From: Octopus vulgaris
Taxonomy: Eukaryota
Direction of reading: 5' to 3'
Assembly (NCBI GenBank): GCA_951406725.2
Contig: OX597834.1
Coordinates: 13,268,001 to 13,332,000, forward strand
Length of the DNA: 64,000 nucleotides
Shown here one piece after another: positions 56,799-64,000 of the stretch (the first letter of the stretch is position 1; each line of letters opens with the position of its first letter). The notes under the pieces are model-generated. The model was not told where the DNA came from, made no database searches, and saw nothing but the letters and a program-made list of their open reading frames with translations. The position numbers and the translations under genes are program-made.

Positions 56799-57262
56799 CT
56801 TTAAAAGCACCAGAAATTCAACAAAACCTGTTACTCGGAGTTTCACGTCCATTTGCGGAGTGGAGGGTGAAGGTGGTAACAAGAACAGGACAGTGAGAAC
56901 AAAACAGTAAAAAAAGCAAACGGTGAGCGCTGCTGAAGTAAAACGATAGAATAATTATTATGAAGCTAGGAGGACGCGCTATGAGAGGAGACAGGCATGA
57001 ACGCGTTTCCTCTTTTGGAAGTAAATGGACAGAAAGATAGATTCCCTTTCGTCACGTGTCAGCGACGAGAGAATCGTGGAGGAAGAGTGAGAGAGAGGGA
57101 ACGGTGAAGAGAAGAGGGGAGGAATATGAAAGGTGCTTATAAACCGCCCTTTTTAATTTGTTATTTACACTTTAGCCGTTTTGGAAATCAACACACTTTT
57201 ACAACGGTTCCTTCTTTTATAAGACAGACAGAGGTAGTTGAATGTAACCCTAGGTGTTAAGC

Positions 57263-57331
57263 GCCGCCGATGAGTATTAAGATGATATTCATCAGAATCT
57301 TAAAACGCAATCAGCCTATATACGATACGGC
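57263..57331 (+). ncRNA. Degenerate type-I hammerhead-like motif
   Basis: GCCG CCGATGA GTATTAAGAT...ATCTTAAAAC GCAATC...GATA CGGC. All three stems pair, with two core substitutions. Lies in a TA-bounded block 56797-57452 whose left end resembles the 31006 element. Confidence 0.45.
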
Positions 57332-57451
57332 CTTACCTCCCTTTTTCTGTCATTAAAACTGTGCGTTTGTCGCTTTTGAGTTAGTTTAACTCTTATCTTT
57401 ACTACAAGCGGTATTAGTCACTACCATCTGTCACTTTTGTAGCTTCTATTA

Positions 57452-57483
<32 letters not shown>

Positions 57484-57484
57484 A

Positions 57485-57516
<32 letters not shown>

Positions 57517-58206
57517 TGTGTGTGTGTGAGTTTGTGTGTGTTTGTGTCTGTATATACACATATAAAAATGGTAGTTTTTAGAACTTATCACGTCCCAATC
57601 AGTTTCACATTTACAATTTTTTCTGAAGTTGATAAATAATGCAGGCTTTCGCTCTCAATATATTTCTCCACATTTTTCTTAAATTTGTTGCTTCAATTTT
57701 CTTTTTTTAATGCAAGCACATATAGACGAAAGGTCAGAAAAATATATGTTTAGACAGTAATTATTCAGTCTTATCTACGTAACATTACTTTCCTTGTTTG
57801 TATTCACACACGCGTGCATACAGAAATATAATATATACATAAGGAAAAACATACAGAAGCATAAAACCAGACTTGTAAATATACATATGTATATATATGT
57901 AGGTGCGTACGTATATAAGTATGGATGCACATATAACAGTGTTATATATGATTTACTAATTATCGATATACGTAATGCTCGAAGATGTTTTTATTTGTTA
58001 CGCGACTAATCATTATATCTTCTTGTATTGTTATGTCGAAGTAAGTGTATTTATGATTTGCTCTTTTGGGCCAAGGAAAGTTCAGATAATTCACCAAGAT
58101 ATTGCAATGGTGAGAAAAAAAATTGTCTTGTTAACAGCTATTTTTGCAAATAAATTCCAGTGATTATATCGATTTCGTCTCGCTTACGATTGGAACAAAT
58201 ATATAT

Positions 58207-58328
<122 letters not shown>

Positions 58329-58608
58329 ACATATATATATAGATTCCTTTATTACATTTAATTGTTTATTTATTTTTATGTGTGTACGTGTGTATGTATT
58401 ATATATATGTGCGTGTTTACATATTCATGTATATATAAATAGCATTAACCTATATATTCCTATCTATATAGACATCTACAGACATACTTATATACGACAA
58501 AGTTGTGGTTCAATATTATACAAGTACTGTTCGTGTTTTCTTTTCACAATAAAAAAAAAACTATGTGCCACAATGTATTATACATTTCGTAGAATATAAA
58601 AGCTATCA

Positions 58609-59055
<447 letters not shown>

Positions 59056-59189
59056 TTCCTGCTTTTATGTAAGAATTGGCTGGATTTAAGAAAAGTTAAA
59101 ACTATTTTTTCCTTTGAATATTAACATACTAGGTATTGCAAATACGATCAACGACACTGAAGAATTCTCTTATTTCTCTATTCTGTTGG

Positions 59190-59350
59190 TTGTTTCTGTT
59201 ACTTGATCGCGGCCATGATGAAGGAAGACCTCGAATGGTTTTGTAGTCAAACAAATAGATATCAGGACTTTTTTCAACCTAGGACTTATTCTAACGAGCT
59301 TTGTTAACGAAGACAAAATTATGGCGAATTAAACACACCAACTGTAAATT
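59190..59350 (-). mobile_element. Decayed SINE family B 3' half
   Basis: GCGGCCATG, GGACTTATTC and TAAACACACCA remnants in B order. Confidence 0.5.
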
Positions 59351-59376
59351 GTTGATGGCGCACAACATTTTACAGT

Positions 59377-59422
<46 letters not shown>

Positions 59423-59442
59423 TACGTAGCGAAGACTATTTA

Positions 59443-59504
<62 letters not shown>

Positions 59505-59760
59505 GTATGTATATATATATATATATATGTATGTATATATATATATATTGCTGGTGGCAAAAAAATTCTACAAAATTTTTTTTGCCACCCTATATTGATT
59601 AATTATGAATTTTCTGGTTGATTCCGTAATGGAATCGGCGGCTTATATTTATTTGCTGCCGATAAATTTGGCGCGAGTGCGATGATTTGAAAATTTTAGG
59701 TCAGATATTGCCGAGGCAGGGACAGAAATGCCTCGTGAAAATATCTGTTCCGTTCTGGCT

Positions 59761-59867
59761 ATTTCTTACTGACGAATCTAAGGGCCTATGGAAGATTGGC
59801 TTGATTTAATTTAATCAGGTTAGTTTACCATTAAACAGTAGATGAAACGGTGCATCGTATAAGAAAT
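59761..59867 (+). ncRNA. Type-I hammerhead ribozyme, copy 1
   Basis: Stem I ATTTCTTA(59761-68)/TAAGAAAT(59860-67); core CTGACGA 59769-75; stem II ATCTA/TAGAT with a 58-nt hairpin insert; GAAA 59844-47; near-palindromic stem III ACGGTGCATCGT; GUA triplet, predicted cleavage after 59859. Confidence 0.85.
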
Positions 59868-60244
59868 TACTGGGTAAATGTTTTTTTAATTTTCTCCTGG
59901 TTTGCGGAATTAATGTTATTTTGCGGTTGAAGCTTTGGCTGTTATTTCTAGTGGGTGAATGGCCTATTATGGCCGTTCCTTGATTGTGATGTTGAACTTA
60001 TAAATGGTCTATGACTATTTAATTTTTTCCCACTAGGCCGCTGGTGGCAAAAAAATGTGGTTTTTTTGCCACCCTATATTGATTAATTATGAATTTTCTG
60101 GTTGATTCCGTAATGGAATCGGCGGCTTATATTTATTTGCTGCCGATAAATTTGGCGCGAGTGCGATGATTTGAAAATTTTAGGTCAGATATTGCCGAGG
60201 CAGGGACAGAAATGCCTCGTGAAAATATCTGTTCCGTTCTGGCT

Positions 60245-60351
60245 ATTTCTTACTGACGAATCTAACGGCCTATGGAAGATTGGCTTGATTTAATTTAATC
60301 AGGTTAGTTTACCATTAAACAGTAGATGAAACGGTGCATCGTATAAGAAAT
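60245..60351 (+). ncRNA. Type-I hammerhead ribozyme, copy 2
   Basis: Same architecture as copy 1: CTGACGA 60253-59, GAAA 60328-31, GTA 60341-43, 8-bp stem I; 484 nt downstream of copy 1. Confidence 0.85.
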
Positions 60352-61288
60352 TACTGGGTAAATGTTTTTTAATTTTCTCCTGGTTTGCGGAATTAATGTT
60401 ATTTTGCGGTTGAAGCTTTGGCTGTTATTTCTAGTAGGTGAATGGCCTATTATGGCCGTTCCTTGATTGTGATGTATGTATATATATATATATATATGTA
60501 AGAGTAATATGTGACAATTTTTCCGTACCCATGATAAAACTCCTAGGTTCGGATGCCGTGGCGAGGTGGAAATCCACGCCGCCATCTCTTACGTTGTCCG
60601 GCCATCGGAAAAATGCTATGAAAAATGACCGTTATACAAAGGGGAATTACTGGTTCATTGATCGTTACTAAGACAAAAGAATTATTCGAATGAGCGTTAA
60701 GTAAGTTAAGGGGGTAAGAAGCTCATAGTATTCGCGTAAGCATGCCTGTTCATACCTACACATGTGCGCGCGCATAACAACGTGCGTGCGCCTAAAGCTA
60801 TACATTTATGTACCCTCAGTTCAAAACATACACATCTTCACTCTCACCCTTCCCCAAATGTATATGCATATACATACAACCTCCCCCCAACACACACACA
60901 CACGCATCATAAAGGTTCGTATACACGTCTATATACGCACAAGCACAAGAAAAAACAGGATTAAGGTTAACAATACAGAAAAAAAGCATAAGGGAGTTTA
61001 TAAAGTGTGAGGAGGTGTACGTAGTTCTGATACATGGAGAGATACAGCATGACACAGAGTGTGAAAATGCTGACCATTTGTAATACAAGTACTACACATT
61101 TTTACTAGCCGGTTGGCCTGGAGCATCGTCAAAAAAAGAGTCTTGCTCAAGGACAGAACGCGTCGCCAATATTTGAACACATGTCCTTACCATACTGAGC
61201 CGAATACTCTAATCACTATGCCACGCATTTTCACAGCTTCTCTCTCACTCTCTCGCTGTCGTGCACACACACATTTAGAATAAATTGG

Positions 61289-61672
61289 TGGAAGCACTCC
61301 GTCGGTTACGATGACGAGGGTTCCGGTTGATCCAATCAACGGAACAGCCTGCTCGTGAAATTAACGTGTAAGTGGCTGAGCACTCCACAGACACGTGTAC
61401 CCTTAACGTAGTTCTCGGGGATATTCAGCGTGACACAGAGAGTAACAAGGCCGGCCCTTTGAAATACAGGTACAACAGAAACAGGAAGTAAGAGTGTGAG
61501 AAAGTTGTGGTGAAAGAGTACAGCAGGGATCACCACCATCCCCTGCCGGAGTCTCGTGGAGCTTTAGGTGTTTTCCCTCAATAAACATTCACAACGCCCG
61601 GTCTGGGAATCGAAACCGCGATGCTACGACCTCGAGTCCGCTGCCCTAACCACTGGGTCATTGCGCCTCCAC
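61289..61672 (-). mobile_element. SINE family C
   Basis: Full match; ATTTAGAATAA at 61273-61283 and 61673-61683; followed by a family B 3' remnant to ~61770. Confidence 0.93.
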
Positions 61673-61876
61673 ATTTAGAATAAGTACTAGGCTTACAAAG
61701 AATAAGTTCTGGTGTTGATTTCTTCCACTAAAGGCAGTGCTCCAGCATGGTCGCAGTCAAATGAAAACAACTACAAAATTAAACCAATAAAACTGTATAT
61801 AACTGACAAGCGTGTTTTCAGGAGTCCCATTCTCTTACAGTATCAAATTGTATACTTGGCATTCAAAGTTACCCCA

Positions 61877-62248
61877 ATCGCAGAACGGGGCGCCACTGCA
61901 TCGTGCCAGATTCCAACATCACCATCAAAATACAGGACCAGATACTGCAATGGCTTGGGTTTCAGAGGACCACAGCTCTTCAACATCCTCCCTAAATGCC
62001 TGGGAGACTTGCATGGTGTGGATGTAGGTTTCTTTAAAACTAAACTGGAGCTCTTCTTGTCGGGAGTCCCAGAGGAACCTACCTCACGACAGGAGACACA
62101 GATGCCGGCAGGGGCATTGAACTCCCTTGCTGACAAAGTGCCGCGTATCAGAGGTGGATTCACATGTTAGTGTAGCTCATTCGGCGGTGGTGCCCCAGCA
62201 TGGCCGCAGCCTTCGGGCTGAAACATTTTTAAGGATTTAAGAATTTAA
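61877..62248 (+). pseudogene. CR1/L2-group LINE 3' fragment with 3' tail
   Basis: RTGRHCIVP (frameshift) ...LGFRGPQLFNILPK...FKTKLELFLSGVPEEP...NSL; followed by GGTGCCCCAGCATGGCCGCAGCCTTCGGGCTGAAAC and ATTTAAG repeats. Confidence 0.8.
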
Positions 62249-62567
62249 CACCAGAAAAACCTGAGTAAATTTACACCTAGTGGAGATGTCGTCCTTAATA
62301 AAAATCTGTCTGACATCAATTGTCTGACGCAACACTACGTCTGAAAAGGGTAAACTACTGCGTTTTTGTGCAAATTAAGTTTTCTTCAAGTTTTGGTTAA
62401 TTAGTCTTAATACATGAGGAATATAGCGTTTAGATGCTAAATCATTCTGCTGTTTGCCCAGAAGAAAACTCTCGGAACCACTTCACGTATATATGCTTCT
62501 CTCCTCTTTTTCCTCCATTTCCCACTTTTCACACATTTACTTATACACTCACACACACACTTAGACA

Positions 62568-62638
<71 letters not shown>

Positions 62639-62820
62639 CACACACACACACACACAAATATATATATACATATATATATATGTATATAGATATATATCGT
62701 GATAAGTAAAAACCATTAGTTATGAGATAACACCTATGGAAATAACATTTAATTGGTTAGGCAGAACACGCTGATACTAGCTTAGCACATAACTACACAA
62801 GAATATTATATATATTATAT

Positions 62821-63203
62821 ACAGGAGTGACTGTGTGGTAAGTATCTTGCTAACCAACCACATTGTTCCGGGTTCAGTCCCACTGCGTGGCATCTTCGGC
62901 AAAAGTCTTCTACTCTAGCCCCGGGCCGACCAATGCCTTGTGAGCCTGTCGTATATATGTATATATATATATATGTATGTGTGTGTGTATGTGTTTGTGT
63001 GTCTGAGTTTGTCCCCCTAGCATTGCTTGACAACCGATGCTGGTGTGTTTACGTCCCCGTCACTTAGCGGTTCGGCAAAAGAGACCTATAGAATAAGTAC
63101 TGGGCTTACAAAGAATAAGCCCCGGGGTCGATTTGCTCGACATAAAGGCGGCGCTCCAGCATGACCGCAGTCAAATGACTGAAACAAGTAAAAGAGTAAA
63201 GAG
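62821..63203 (+). mobile_element. SINE family B with short internal deletion
   Basis: Full head and tail; about 28 bp missing after GCCTTGTGAG. Confidence 0.9.
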
Positions 63204-63262
<59 letters not shown>

Positions 63263-63952
63263 CTATGTATATATGTATGTGTATTTATTTATACACAAAA
63301 ACAAATAGATATATACCAACATACATACACAAATGCACACAATATTGATACATATATGTTAATATACATAGCGGTATATACGCATGTGCGTCTGTTGGGT
63401 GAACTACTATATACATGAATAACTTGGCGCATCGTAAGCAATTAAATTGACTTTCCACGGGGGTTTACTTAGAAGGCTAATGACTCTTTCTTAACTATCC
63501 GCTTGAATAAATTAACTATGAATACACATAAACATCACTACTTGCTTTTTCAGACAGAAAATTAAATTGAAATATATTGGCTAATAAAGCGAGGGAATAC
63601 GACAAACCCAATACTGAAATATGGTAATGTAAGACAGATACGATCTCCTGACCTGCGGTTTAAGTGTCCGATATTTTACCCCCAAAGCACCAGAGCACAC
63701 CTCTGTTGTCACAAATTCACATGGCCACATACGACACTCATACACACACACGCACACGCACGCGCACCCACACACACATACATACATGCATGTATATATA
63801 TATATATGTGCAGAGAGAGATATATATATATATATGCAGAGAGAGAGGGAGAGATAGATTGCTAAATAGATAGATAGATAAATAGATAGATATAGATGTA
63901 TGCGTGTGCTTGTGTTTTTAAGCGTGTATGTTTTTATCTGACACACACACAT

Positions 63953-64000
<48 letters not shown>

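Larger units (their letters stand above)
59550..60475 (+). mobile_element. Tandem ~484-nt hammerhead-containing repeat (non-LTR retrozyme-like or Penelope pseudo-LTR-like, non-autonomous)
   Basis: Unit 1 59550-60039 and unit 2 60040-60475 are near-identical direct repeats. (TA)n flanks both sides, there is no credible ORF, there are many local hairpins, and each unit has one hammerhead motif. Confidence 0.85.

Noticed and set aside
56995-57060. Minus-strand GTGACGA...GAAACGCGTT
   Set aside because: Core substitution and poor stems I and II.

Overview
AT-rich, repeat-saturated eukaryotic non-coding DNA (large intron or intergenic). The extreme (TA)n/(CA)n/(TAGA)n/trinucleotide microsatellite load and the set of tRNA-derived SINEs suggest an octopus-like cephalopod genome (inference, not a database result). 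No complete protein-coding gene is visible; nearly all listed ORFs are microsatellite or SINE read-through. The window holds about 30 copies of five tRNA-headed SINE types (labelled A-E by me), C-terminal fragments of two RTE LINEs and one CR1/L2-group LINE, several mariner/Tc1 remnants, a Helentron-type non-autonomous element and several foldback elements. The most notable signal is RNA-structural. At 59550-60475 a hairpin-rich ~484-nt unit is repeated head-to-tail inside a (TA)n tract, and each copy carries a type-I hammerhead ribozyme with an intact catalytic core (retrozyme or Penelope-pLTR-like). A third hammerhead with an intact core lies on the minus strand at 49903-49960. At least five more degenerate hammerhead-like motifs sit in other (TA)n-embedded elements. 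All coordinates were read by eye and may be off by a few bases.
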